From contig OZ024744.1 of NCBI GenBank assembly GCA_964016885.1, positions 130,820,001 to 130,884,000 of the forward strand: a stretch of 64,000 bases of DNA, written 5' to 3'. The notes under the pieces are model-generated. The model had not been told where the DNA came from. It ran no database searches and saw only the letters and a list, made by a program, of their open reading frames with translations. Below are positions 23,348-34,723 of this stretch, piece after piece. The stretch comes from Eledone cirrhosa (taxonomy: Eukaryota). Position numbers and translations under genes: made by a program. Position 1 is the stretch's first letter; each line of letters opens with the position of its first letter.

Positions 23348-26300
23348 AGTCGGGGTTAAGTTAAGTTGGCGTTAAGTTAAGTTGGCGTTAAGTTAAGTTA
23401 GGCTTAACTTAAGTTGGGGTTCAGTTAAGTTGGGGGTAAGTTAAGTTGGGGTTAAGTTAAGTTAGGGTTAAGTTAAGTTGGGGTTGAGTTAAGTTGGGGT
23501 TAATTAAGTGGTGGTTATGTTAAGTTGGGGTTAAGTTAAGTTGGGGTTAATTTAAATTGGGGTTAAGTTAACTTTGTGGTTAAGTTAAGTTGGGGTTAAG
23601 TTAAGTTGGGGTAAAGTTGGGGTTGAGTTAAGTTGGGGTTGAGTGAAGTTGGGGTTAAGTTAAGTTGGGGTTAAGTTAAGTTGGGGTTAAGATAAGTCGG
23701 GGTTAAGTTAAGTTGTGGTTGAGTTAAGTTGGGGTTAATTTAAGTTGGGGCTAAGTTAATTTGTGGTTAAGTTAAGTTGGGGTTAAGTTAAGTTGGGGTT
23801 AAGTTAAGTTGGGGTTGAGTTAAGTTGGGGCTGAGTTAATTTGGGTTTAAGTTAAGTTGGGGTTAAGTTAAGTTGGGTTTAAGTTAAGTTGGGGTTAAAT
23901 TAAGTTGGGGTTAAATTAAGTTGGGGTTAAGTTAAGTTGGGGGTAAGTTAAGTTGGGGGCAAGTTAAGTTGGGGTTAATTTAAGTTGGGGTTAAATTAAG
24001 TTGGGGTTACGTTAAGTTGGTGTTAAGTTAAGTTGGGGTTAATTTAAGTTGGGGTTAATTAAGTTGGGGTTAAGTTAAGTTGGGGTTAAGTTAAGTTGGG
24101 GTTAATTTAAGTTGGGGTTGAGTTAAGTTGGGGTTAAGTTAAGTTGGGGTTATATTAAGTTGGGGTTAAGTTAAGTTGGGGTTCAGTTAAGTTGGGGTTA
24201 AGTTAAGTTGGGGTTAAGTTAAGTTGAGGTTAAGTTAAGTTGGGGTTAAGTTAAGTTGGTGTTAAGTTAAGTTGGGGCTAAGTTAAGTTGGGGCTGAGTT
24301 AAGTTGGGGCTGAGTTAAGTTGGGGCTAAGTTAAGTTGGGGTTGAGTTAAGTTGGGGTTAAGTTGGGGTTAAGTTAAGTTAGGTTTAAGTTAAGTTGGGG
24401 TTAAGTTAAGTTGGGGTTAAGTTAAGTTGGGGTTAAGTTAAGTTGGGGTTAAGTTAAGTTGGGGTTAAGTTAAGTTGGGGTTAAGTTAATTTGTGGTTAA
24501 GTTAAGTTGTGGTTAAGTTAAGTTGAGGTTAAGTTAAGATGGGGTTAAGTTAAGTCGGGGTTAAGTTAAGTTGGGGTTAAGTTAAGTTGGGGTTAATTTA
24601 AGTTGGGGTTAAGTTAAGTTGGGGTTAAGTTAAGTTGGGGTTAAGTTAAGTCGGGGTTAAGTTAAGTTTGGGTTAAGTTAAGTTGGGGTTAATTTAAGTT
24701 GGGCTTAAGTTAAGTTGGGGTTAAGTTAAGTTGGGGTTAAGTTAAGTTGGGGTTAAGTTAAGTTGGGGATAATTTAAGTTGGGGTTAAGTTAAGTTTGAG
24801 TTTAAGTTAAGTTGGGGTTAAGTTAAGTTGGGGTTAAGTTAAGTTGGTTAGTTAAGTTGAGTTTAAGTTAAGTTGGGGTTAATTTAAGTTGGGGTTAAGT
24901 TAAGCTGGGGTTAAGTTAAGTTGGGGTTAAGTTAAGTTGGGGTTAATTTAAGTTGGGGTTAAGTTAAGTTGCGGGTAATTTAAGTTGGGGTTAAGTTAAG
25001 TTGGGGTTAAGTTAAGTTGGGGTTAAGTTAAGTTGGGGTTAAGTTAAGTTGGGGTTAAGTTAAGTTGGGGCTAATTTAAGTTGGGGCTGAGTTAAGTTGG
25101 GGTTAAGTTAAGTTGGGGTTAAGTTAAGTTGGGGTTAAGTTAAGTTGGGGTTTATTTAAGTTGGGGTTAAGTTAAGTTGGGGTTTAGTTAAGTTGGGGTT
25201 CAGTTAAGTTGGGGTTAAGTTAAGTTGGGGTTAAGATGGGGTTAAATTACGTTGGAGTTAAGTTAAGTTGGGGTTCAGTTAAGTTGGGGTTAAGTTAAGT
25301 TGGGGTTAAGATGGGGTTAAATTACGTTGGAGTTAAGATAAGTCGGGGTTAAGTTAAGTTGTGGTTGAGTTAAGTTGGGGTTAATTTAAGTTGGGGCTAA
25401 GTTAATTTGTGGTTAAGTTAAGTTGGGGTTAAGTTAAGTTGGGGTTAAGTTAAGTTGGGGTTGAGTTAAGTTGGGGCTGAGTTAATTTGGGTTTAAGTTA
25501 AGTTGGGGTTAAGTTAAGTTGGGTTTAAGTTAAGTTGGGGTTAAATTACGTTGGGGTTAAATTAAGTTGGGGTTAAGTTAAGTTGGGGGTAAGTTAAGTT
25601 GGGGGAAAGTTAAGTTGGGGTTAATTTAAGTTGGGGTTAAATTAAGTTGGGGTTACGTTAAGTTGGTGTTAAGTTAAGTTGGGGTTAATTTAAGTTGGGG
25701 TTAATTAAGTTGGGGTTAAGTTAAGTTGGGGTTAAGTTAAGTTGGGGTTATATTAAGTTGGGGTTAAGTTAAGTTGGGGTTCAGTTAAGTTGGGGTTAAG
25801 TTAAGTTGGGGTTAAGTTAATTTGAGGTTAAGTTAAGTTGGGGTTAAGTTAAGTTGGTGTTAAGTTAAGTTGGGGCTAAGTTAAGTTGGGGCTGAGTTAA
25901 GTTGGGGCTGAGTTAAGTTGGGGCTAAGTTAAGTTGGGGTTGAGTTAAGTTGGGGTTAAGTTGGGGTTAAGTTAAGTTAGGTTTAAGTTAAGTTGGGGTT
26001 AAGTTAAGTTGGGGTTAAGTTAAGTTGGGGTTAAGTTAAGTTGGGGTTAAGTTAAGTTGGGGTTAAGTTAATTTGTGGTTAAGTTAAGTTGTGGTTAAGT
26101 TAAGTTGGGGTTAAGTTAAGTTGGGGTTAAGTTAAGTCGGGGTTAAGTTAAGTTGGGGTTAAGTTAAGTTGGGGTTAATTTAAGTTGGGGTTAAGTTAAG
26201 TTGGGGTTAAGTTAAGTTGGGGTTAAGTTAAGTCGGGGTTAAGTTAAGTTGGGGTTAAGTTAAGTTGGGGTTAATTTAAGTTGGGGTTAAGTTAAGTTGG

Positions 26301-27825
26301 GGTTAAGTTAAGTTGGGGTTAAGTTAAGTTGGGGTTAAGTTAAGTTGGGGATAATTTAAGTTGGGGTTTATTTAAGTTGGGGTTAAGTTAAGTTGGGGTT
26401 CAGTTAAGTTGGGGTTAAGTTAAGTTGGGGTTAAGATGGGGTTAAATTAAGTTGGGGTTAAGTTAAGTTGGGGTTAAGTTAAGTTGGGGTTAAGTTAAGT
26501 TGGGGTTAAGTTAAGTCGGGGTTAAGTTAAGTCGGGGTTAAGTTAAGTTAGGGTTCAGTTAAGTTGGGGTTAAGTTAAGTTGGGGTTGAGTTAAGTTGGG
26601 GTTGAGTTAAATTGGGGTTGAGTTAAGTTGGGGTTGAGTTAAGTTGGTGTTGAGTTAAGTTGGGGTTAAGTTAAGTTGGGGTTAAATTAAGTTGGGGTTA
26701 AATTAAGTTGGGGTTAAGTTAAGTTGGGGGTAAGTTAAGTTGGGGGCAAGTTAAGTTGGGGTTAATTTAAGTTGGGGTTAAATTAAGTTGGGGTTACGTT
26801 AAGTTGGTGTTAAGTTAAGTTGGGGTTAATTTAAGTTGGGGTTAATTAATGTTGGGGTTAAGTTAAGTTGGGGTTAAGTTAAGTTGGGTTTAAGTTAAGT
26901 TGAGGTTAAGTTAAGTTGGGGTTAAGTTAAGTTGGTGTTAAGTTAAGTTGGGGCTAAGTTAAGTTGGCGCTGAGTTAAGTTGGGGCTGAGTTAAGTTGGG
27001 GCTAAGTTAAGTTGGGGTTGAGTTAAGTTGGGGTTAAGTTGGGGTTAAGTTAAGTTAGGTTTAAGTTAAGTTGGGTTTAAGTTAAGTTGGGGTTAAGTTA
27101 AGTTGGGGTTAAGTTAAGTTAGGGTTAAGTTAAGTTGGGGTTAAGTTAAGTTGGGGTTAAGTTAATTTGTGGTTAAGTTAAGTTGTGGTTAAGTTAAGTT
27201 GGGGTTAAGTTAAGTTGGGGTTAAGTTAAGTCGGGGTTAAGTTAAGTTGGGGTTAAGTTAAGTTGGGGTTAAGTTAAGTTGGGGTTAAGTTAAGTTGGGG
27301 TTAAGTTAAGTCGGGGTTAAGTTAAGTTGGGGTTAAGTTAAGTTGGGGTTAATTTAAGTTGGGGTTAAGTTAAGTTGGGGTTAAGTTAAGTTGGGGTTAA
27401 GTTAAGTTGGGGTTAAGTTAAGTTGGGGATAATTTAAGTTGGGGTTAAGTTAAGTTTGAGTTTAAGTTAAGTTGGGGTTAAGTTAAGTTGGGGTTAAGTT
27501 AAGTTGGGGTTAAGTTAAGTTGGTTAGTTAAGTTGAGTTTAAGTTAAGTTGGGGTTAATTTAAGTTGGGGTTAAGTTAAGCTGGGGTTAAGTTAAGTTGG
27601 GGTTAAGTTAAGTTGGGGTTAATTTAAGTTGGGGTTAAGTTAAGTTGGGGTTAAGTTAAGTAGGGGTTAAGTTAAGTTAGGGTTAAGTTAAGTTGGGGTT
27701 AAGTTAAGTTGAGGTTAAGTTAAGTTGGTTAGTTAAGTTGAGTTTAAGTTAAGTTGGGGTTAATTTAAGTTGGGGTTAAGTTAAGTTGGGGTTAAGTTAA
27801 GTTGGGGTTAAGTTAAGTTGGGGTT

Positions 27826-28000
27826 AACCCCAACTTAACTTAACCCCAACTTCACTCAACCCCAACGTAACTCAACCCCAACTTAACTTAACCCCAACTT
27901 CACTCAACCCCAACTTAACTTAACCCCAACTTCACTCAACCCCAACTTCCAACTTGACTTAACCCCAACTTAACTTAGCCCCAACTTAACTTAAGCCCAA
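27826..28000 (-). repeat. Inverted satellite cassette 8 (flank type A)
   Basis: Same 175-bp C-rich block and junctions. Confidence 0.97.
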
Positions 28001-31000
28001 AGTCGGGGTTAAGTTAAGTTGGCGTTAAGTTAAGTTGGCGTTAAGTTAAGTTAGGCTTAACTTAAGTTGGGGTTCAGTTAAGTTGGGGGTAAGTTAAGTT
28101 GGGGTTAAGTTAAGTTAGGGTTAAGTTAAGTTGGGGTTGAGTTAAGTTGGGGTTAATTAAGTGGTGGTTATGTTAAGTTGGGGTTAAGTTAAGTTGGGGT
28201 TAATTTAAATTGGGGTTAAGTTAACTTTGTGGTTAAGTTAAGTTGGGGTTAAGTTAAGTTGGGGTAAAGTTGGGGTTGAGTTAAGTTGGGGTTGAGTGAA
28301 GTTGGGGTTAAGTTAAGTTGGGGTTAAGTTAAGTTGGGGTTAAGATAAGTCGGGGTTAAGTTAAGTTGTGGTTGAGTTAAGTTGGGGTTAATTTAAGTTG
28401 GGGCTAAGTTAATTTGTGGTTAAGTTAAGTTGGGGTTAAGTTAAGTTGGGGTTAAGTTAAGTTGGGGTTGAGTTAAGTTGGGGCTGAGTTAATTTGGGTT
28501 TAAGTTAAGTTGGGGTTAAGTTAAGTTGGGTTTAAGTTAAGTTGGGGTTAAATTAAGTTGGGGTTAAATTAAGTTGGGGTTAAGTTAAGTTGGGGGTAAG
28601 TTAAGTTGGGGGCAAGTTAAGTTGAGGTTAATTTAAGTTGGGGTTAAATTAAGTTGGGGTTACGTTAAGTTGGTGTTAAGTTAAGTTGGGGTTAATTTAA
28701 GTTGGGGTTAATTAAGTTGGGGTTAAGTTAAGTTGGGGTTAAGTTAAGTTGGGGTTAATTTAAGTTGGGGTTGAGTTAAGTTGGGGTTAAGTTAAGTTGG
28801 GGTTATATTAAGTTGGGGTTAAGTTAAGTTGGGGTTCAGTTAAGTTGGGGTTAAGTTAAGTTGGGGTTAAGTTAAGTTGAGGTTAAGTTAAGTTGGGGTT
28901 AAGTTAAGTTGGTGTTAAGTTAAGTTGGGGCTAAGTTAAGTTGGGGCTGAGTTAAGTTGGGGCTGAGTTAAGTTGGGGCTAAGTTAAGTTGGGGTTGAGT
29001 TAAGTTGGGGTTAAGTTGGGGTTAAGTTAAGTTAGGTTTAAGTTAAGTTGGGGTTAAGTTAAGTTGGGGTTAAGTTAAGTTGGGGTTAAGTTAAGTTGGG
29101 GTTAAGTTAAGTTGGGGTTAAGTTAAGTTGGGGTTAAGTTAATTTGTGGTTAAGTTAAGTTGTGGTTAAGTTAAGTTGAGGTTAAGTTAAGTTGGGGTTA
29201 AGTTAAGTCGGGGTTAAGTTAAGTTGGGGTTAAGTTAAGTTGGGGTTAATTTAAGTTGGGGTTAAGTTAAGTTGGGGTTAAGTTAAGTTGGGGTTAAGTT
29301 AAGTCGGGGTTAAGTTAAGTTGGGGTTAAGTTGGGGTTAATTTAAGTTGGGCTTAAGTTAAGTTGGGGTTAAGTTAAGTTGGGGTTAAGTTAAGTTGGGG
29401 TTAAGTTAAGTTGGGGATAATTTAAGTTGGGGTTAAGTTAAGTTTGAGTTTAAGTTAAGTTGGGGTTAAGTTAAGTTGGGGTTAAGTTAAGTTGGTTAGT
29501 TAAGTTGAGTTTAAGTTAAGTTGGGGTTAATTTAAGTTGGGGTTAAGTTAAGCTGGGGTTAAGTTAAGTTGGGGTTAAGTTAAGTTGGGGTTAATTTAAG
29601 TTGGGGTTAAGTTAAGTTGCGGGTAATTTAAGTTGGGGTTAAGTTAAGTTGGGGTTAAGTTAAGTTGGGGTTAAGTTAAGTTGGGGTTAAGTTAAGTTGG
29701 GGTTAAGTTAAGTTGGGTCTAATTTAAGTTGGGGCTGAGTTAAGTTGGGGTTAAGTTAAGTTGGGGTTAAGTTAAGTTGGGGTTAAGTTAAGTTGGGTTT
29801 AAGTTAAGTTGGGGTTAAATTAAGTTGGGGTTAAATTAAGTTGGGGTTAAGTTAAGTTGGGGGTAAGTTAAGTTGGGGGAAAGTTAAGTTGGGGTTAATT
29901 TAAGTTGGGGTTAAATTAAGTTGGGGTTACGTTAAGTTGGTGTTAAGTTAAGTTGGGGTTAATTTAAGTTGGGGCTAATTAAGTTGGGGTTAAGTTAAGT
30001 TGGGGTTAAGTTAAGTTGGGGTTAATTTAAGTTGGGGTTGAGTTAAGTTGGGGTTAAGTTAAGTTGGGGTTATATTAAGTTGGGGTTAAGTTAAGTTGGG
30101 GTTCAGTTAAGTTGGGGTTAAGTTAAGTTGGGGTTAAGTTAAGTTGAGGTTAAGTTAAGTTGGGGTTAAGTTAAGTTGTTGTTAAGTTAAGTTGGGGCTA
30201 AGTTAAGTTGGGGCTGAGTTAAGTTGGGGCTGAGTTAAGTTGGGGCTAAGTTAAGTTGGGGTTGAGTTAAGTTGGGGTTAAGTTGGGGTTAATTAAGTTA
30301 GGTTTAAGTTAAGTTGGGGTTAAGTTAAGTTGGGGTTAAGTTAAGTTGGGGTTAAGTTAAGTTGGGGTTAAGTTAAGTTGGGGTTAAGTTAAGTTGGGGT
30401 TAAGTTAATTTGTGGTTAAGTTAAGTTGTGGTTAAGTTAAGTTGGGGTTAAGTTAAGTTGGGGTTAAGTTAAGTCGGGGTTAAGTTAAGTTGGGGTTAAG
30501 TTAAGTTGGGGTTAATTTAAGTTGGGGTTAAGTTAAGTTGGGGTTAAGTTAAGTTGGGGTTAAGTTAAGTCGGGGTTAAGTTAAGTTGGGGTTAAGTTAA
30601 GTTGGGGTTAATTTAAGTTGGGGTTAAGTTAAGTTGGGGTTAAGTTAAGTTGGGGTTAAGTTAAGTTGGGGTTAAGTTAAGTTGGGGATAATTTAAGTTG
30701 GGGTTTATTTAAGTTGGGGTTAAGTTAAGTTGGGGTTCAGTTAAGTTGGGGTTAAGTTAAGTTGGGGTTAAGATGGGGTTAAATTAAGTTGGGGTTAAGT
30801 TAAGTTGGGGTTAAGTTAAGTTGGGGTTAAGTTAAGTTGGGGTTAAGTTAAGTCGGGGTTAAGTTAAGTCGGGGTTAAGTTAAGTTAGGGTTCAGTTAAG
30901 TTGGGGTTAAGTTAAGTTGGGGTTGAGTTAAGTTGGGGTTGAGTTAAATTGGGGTTGAGTTAAGTTGGGGTTGAGTTAAGTTGGTGTTGAGTTAAGTTGG

Positions 31001-31986
31001 GGTTAAGTTAAGTTGGGGTTAAATTAAGTTGGGGTTAAGTTAAGTTAGGGTTAAGTTAAGTTGAGGTTAAGTTAAGTTGGGGTTAAGTTAAGTTGGTGTT
31101 AAGTTAAGTTGGGGCTAAGTTAAGTTGGCGCTGAGTTAAGTTGGGGCTGAGTTAAGTTGGGGCTAAGTTAAGTTGGGGTTGAGTTAAGTTGGGGTTAAGT
31201 TGGGGTTAAGTTAAGTTAGGTTTAAGTTAAGTTGGGTTTAAGTTAAGTTGGGGTTAAGTTAAGTTGGGGTTAAGTTAAGTTGGGGTTAAGTTAAGTTGGG
31301 GTTAAGTTAAGTTGGGGTTAAGTTAATTTGTGGTTAAGTTAAGTTGTGGTTAAGTTAAGTTGGGGTTAAGTTAAGTTGGGGTTAAGTTAAGTCGGGGTTA
31401 AGTTAAGTTGGGGTTAAGTTAAGTTGGGGTTAAGTTAAGTTGGGGTTAAGTTAAGTTGGGGTTAAGTTAAGTCGGGGTTAAGTTAAGTTGGGGTTAAGTT
31501 AAGTTGGGGTTAATTTAAGTTGGGGTTAAGTTAAGTTGGGGTTAAGTTAAGTTGGGGTTAAGTTAAGTTGGGGTTAAGTTAAGTTGGGGATAATTTAAGT
31601 TGGGGTTAAGTTAAGTTTGAGTTTAAGTTAAGTTGGGGTTAAGTTAAGTTGGGGTTAAGTTAAGTTGGGGTTAAGTTAAGTTGGTTAGTTAAGTTGAGTT
31701 TAAGTTAAGTTGGGGTTAATTTAAGTTGGGGTTAAGTTAAGCTGGGGTTAAGTTAAGTTGGGGTTAAGTTAAGTTGGGGTTAATTTAAGTTGGGGTTAAG
31801 TTAAGTTGGGGTTAAGTTAAGTCGGGGTTAAGTTAAGTTGGGGTTAAGTTAAGTTGGGGTTAAGTTAAGTTGGGGTTAAGTTAAGTTGGTTAGTTAAGTT
31901 GAGTTTAAGTTAAGTTGGGGTTAATTTAAGTTGGGGTTAAGTTAAGTTGGGGTTAAGTTAAGTTGGGGTTAAGTTAAGTTGGGGTT

Positions 31987-32161
31987 AACCCCAACTTAAC
32001 TTAACCCCAACTTCACTCAACCCCAACGTAACTCAACCCCAACTTAACTTAACCCCAACTTCACTCAACCCCAACTTAACTTAACCCCAACTTCACTCAA
32101 CCCCAACTTCCAACTTGACTTAACCCCAACTTAACTTAGCCCCAACTTAACTTAAGCCCAA
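31987..32161 (-). repeat. Inverted satellite cassette 9 (flank type B)
   Basis: Same 175-bp C-rich block and junctions. Confidence 0.97.
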
Positions 32162-34548
32162 AGTCGGGGTTAAGTTAAGTTGGCGTTAAGTTAAGTTGGG
32201 GTTAAGTTAAGTTGGGGTAAAGTTGGGGTTGAGTTAAGTTGGGGTTGAGTGAAGTTGGGGTTAAGTTAAGTTGGGGTTAAGTTAAGTTGGGGTTAAGATA
32301 AGTCGGGGTTAAGTTAAGTTGTGGTTGAGTTAAGTTGGGGTTAATTTAAGTTGGGGCTAAGTTAATTTGTGGTTAAGTTAAGTTGGGGTTAAGTTAAGTT
32401 GGGGTTAAGTTAAGTTGGGGTTGAGTTAAGTTGGGGCTGAGTTAATTTGGGTTTAAGTTAAGTTGGGGTTAAGTTAAGTTGGGTTTAAGTTAAGTTGGGG
32501 TTAAATTAAGTTGGGGTTAAATTAAGTTGGGGTTAAGTTAAGTTGGGGGTAAGTTAAGTTGGGGGAAAGTTAAGTTGGGGTTAATTTAAGTTGGGGTTAA
32601 ATTAAGTTGGGGTTACGTTAAGTTGGTGTTAAGTTAAGTTGGGGTTAATTTAAGTTGGGGTTAATTAAGTTGGGGTTAAGTTAAGTTGGGGTTAAGTTAA
32701 GTTGGGGTTAATTTAAGTTGGGGTTGAGTTAAGTTGGGGTTAAGTTAAGTTGGGGTTATATTAAGTTGGGGTTAAGTTAAGTTGGGGTTCAGTTAAGTTG
32801 GGGTTAAGTTAAGTTGGGGTTAAGTTAAGTTGAGGTTAAGTTAAGTTGGGGTTAAGTTAAGTTGGTGTTAAGTTAAGTTGGGGCTAAGTTAAGTTGGGGC
32901 TGAGTTAAGTTGGGGCTGAGTTAAGTTGGGGCTAAGTTAAGTTGGGGTTGAGTTAAGTTGGGGTTAAGTTGGGGTTAAGTTAAGTTAGGTTTAAGTTAAG
33001 TTGGGGTTAAGTTAAGTTGGGGTTAAGTTAAGTTGGGGTTAAGTTAAGTTGGGGTTAAGTTAAGTTGGGGTTAAGTTAAGTTGGGGTTAAGTTAATTTGT
33101 GGTTAAGTTAAGTTGTGGTTAAGTTAAGTTGGGGTTAAGTTAAGTTGGGGTTAAGTTAAGTCGGGGTTAAGTTAAGTTGGGGTTAAGTTAAGTTGGGGTT
33201 AATTTAAGTTGGGGTTAAGTTAAGTTGGGGTTAAGTTAAGTTGGGGTTAAGTTAAGTCGGGGTTAAGTTAAGTTGGGGTTAAGTTAAGTTGGGGTTAATT
33301 TAAGTTGGGGTTAAGTTAAGTTGGGGTTCAGTTAAGTTGGGGTTAAGTTAAGTTGGGGTTAAGTTAAGTTGGGGATAATTTAAGTTGGGGTTTATTTAAG
33401 TTGGGGTTAAGTTAAGTTGGGATTCAGTTAAGTTGGGGTGAAGTTAAGTTGGGGTTAAGATGGGGTTAAATTAAGTTGGGGTTAAGTTAAGTTGGGGTTA
33501 AGTTAAGTTGGGGTTACGTTAAGTTGGGGTTAAGTTAAGTCGGGGTTAAGTTAAGTCGGGGTTAAGTTAAGTTAGGGTTCAGTTAAGTTGGGGTTAAGTT
33601 AAGTTGGGGTTGAGTTAAGTTGGGGTTGAGTTAAATTGGGGTTGAGTTAAGTTGGGGTTGAGTTAAGTTGGTGTTGAGTTAAGTTGGGGTTAAGTTAAGT
33701 TGGGGTTAAATTAAGTTGGGGTTAAATTAAGTTGGGGTTAAGTTAAGTTGGGGGTAAGTTAAGTTGGGGGCAAGTTAAGTTGAGGTTAAGTTAAGTTGGG
33801 GTTAAGTTAAGTTGGTGTTAAGTTAAGTTGGGGCTAAGTTAAGTTGGCGCTGAGTTAAGTTGGGGCTGAGTTAAGTTGGGGCTAAGTTAAGTTGGGGTTG
33901 AGTTAAGTTGGGGTTAAGTTGGGGTTAAGTTAAGTTAGGTTTAAGTTAAGTTGGGTTTAAGTTAAGTTGGGGTTAAGTTAAGTTGGGGTTAAGTTAAGTT
34001 GGGGTTAAGTTAAGTTGGGGTTAAGTTAAGTTGGGGTTAAGTTAATTTGTGGTTAAGTTAAGTTGTTGTTAAGTTAAGTTGGGCTTAAGTTAAGTTGGGG
34101 TTAAGTTAAGTCGGGGTTAAGTTAAGTTGGGGTTAAGTTAAGTTGGGGTTAATTTAAGTTGGGGTTAAGTTAAGTTGGGGTTAAGTTAAGTTGGGGTTAA
34201 GTTAAGTTGGGGTTAAGTTAAGTTGGGGATAATTTAAGTTGGGGTTAAGTTAAGTTTGAGTTTAAGTTAAGTTGGGGTTAAGTTAAGTTGGGGTTAAGTT
34301 AAGTTGGGGTTAAGTTAAGTTGGTTAGTTAAGTTGAGTTTAAGTTAAGTTGGGGTTAATTTAAGTTGGGGTTAAGTTAAGCTGGGGTTAAGTTAAGTTGG
34401 GGTTAAGTTAAGTTGGGGTTAATTTAAGTTGGGGTTAAGTTAAGTTGGGGTTAAGTTAAGTAGGGGTTAAGTTAAGTTGGGGTTAATTTAAGTTGGGGTT
34501 AAGTTAAGTTGGGGTTAAGTTAAGTTGGGGTTAAGTTAAGTTGGGGTT

Positions 34549-34723
34549 AACCCCAACTTAACTTAACCCCAACGTAACTCAACCCCAACGTAACTCAACC
34601 CCAACTTAACTTAACCCCAACTTCACTCAACCCCAACTTAACTTAACCCCAACTTCACTCAACCCCAACTTCCAACTTGACTTAACCCCAACTTAACTTA
34701 GCCCCAACTTAACTTAAGCCCAA
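34549..34723 (-). repeat. Inverted satellite cassette 10 (flank type A; monomer 2 replaced by a copy of monomer 3)
   Basis: Same block, but AACGTAACTC at 34571-34580 instead of AACTTCACTC. Confidence 0.97.

Larger units (their letters stand above)
21800..29780 (+). repeat. ~4.65-kb tandem duplication (boundaries approximate)
   Basis: Rare variants recur: GTAGGGG at 23008/27661 (offset 4653), cassettes at 23173/27826 (4653), and GCGGGTAAT at 24971/29619 (4648, after a 5-bp deletion). Confidence 0.75.
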
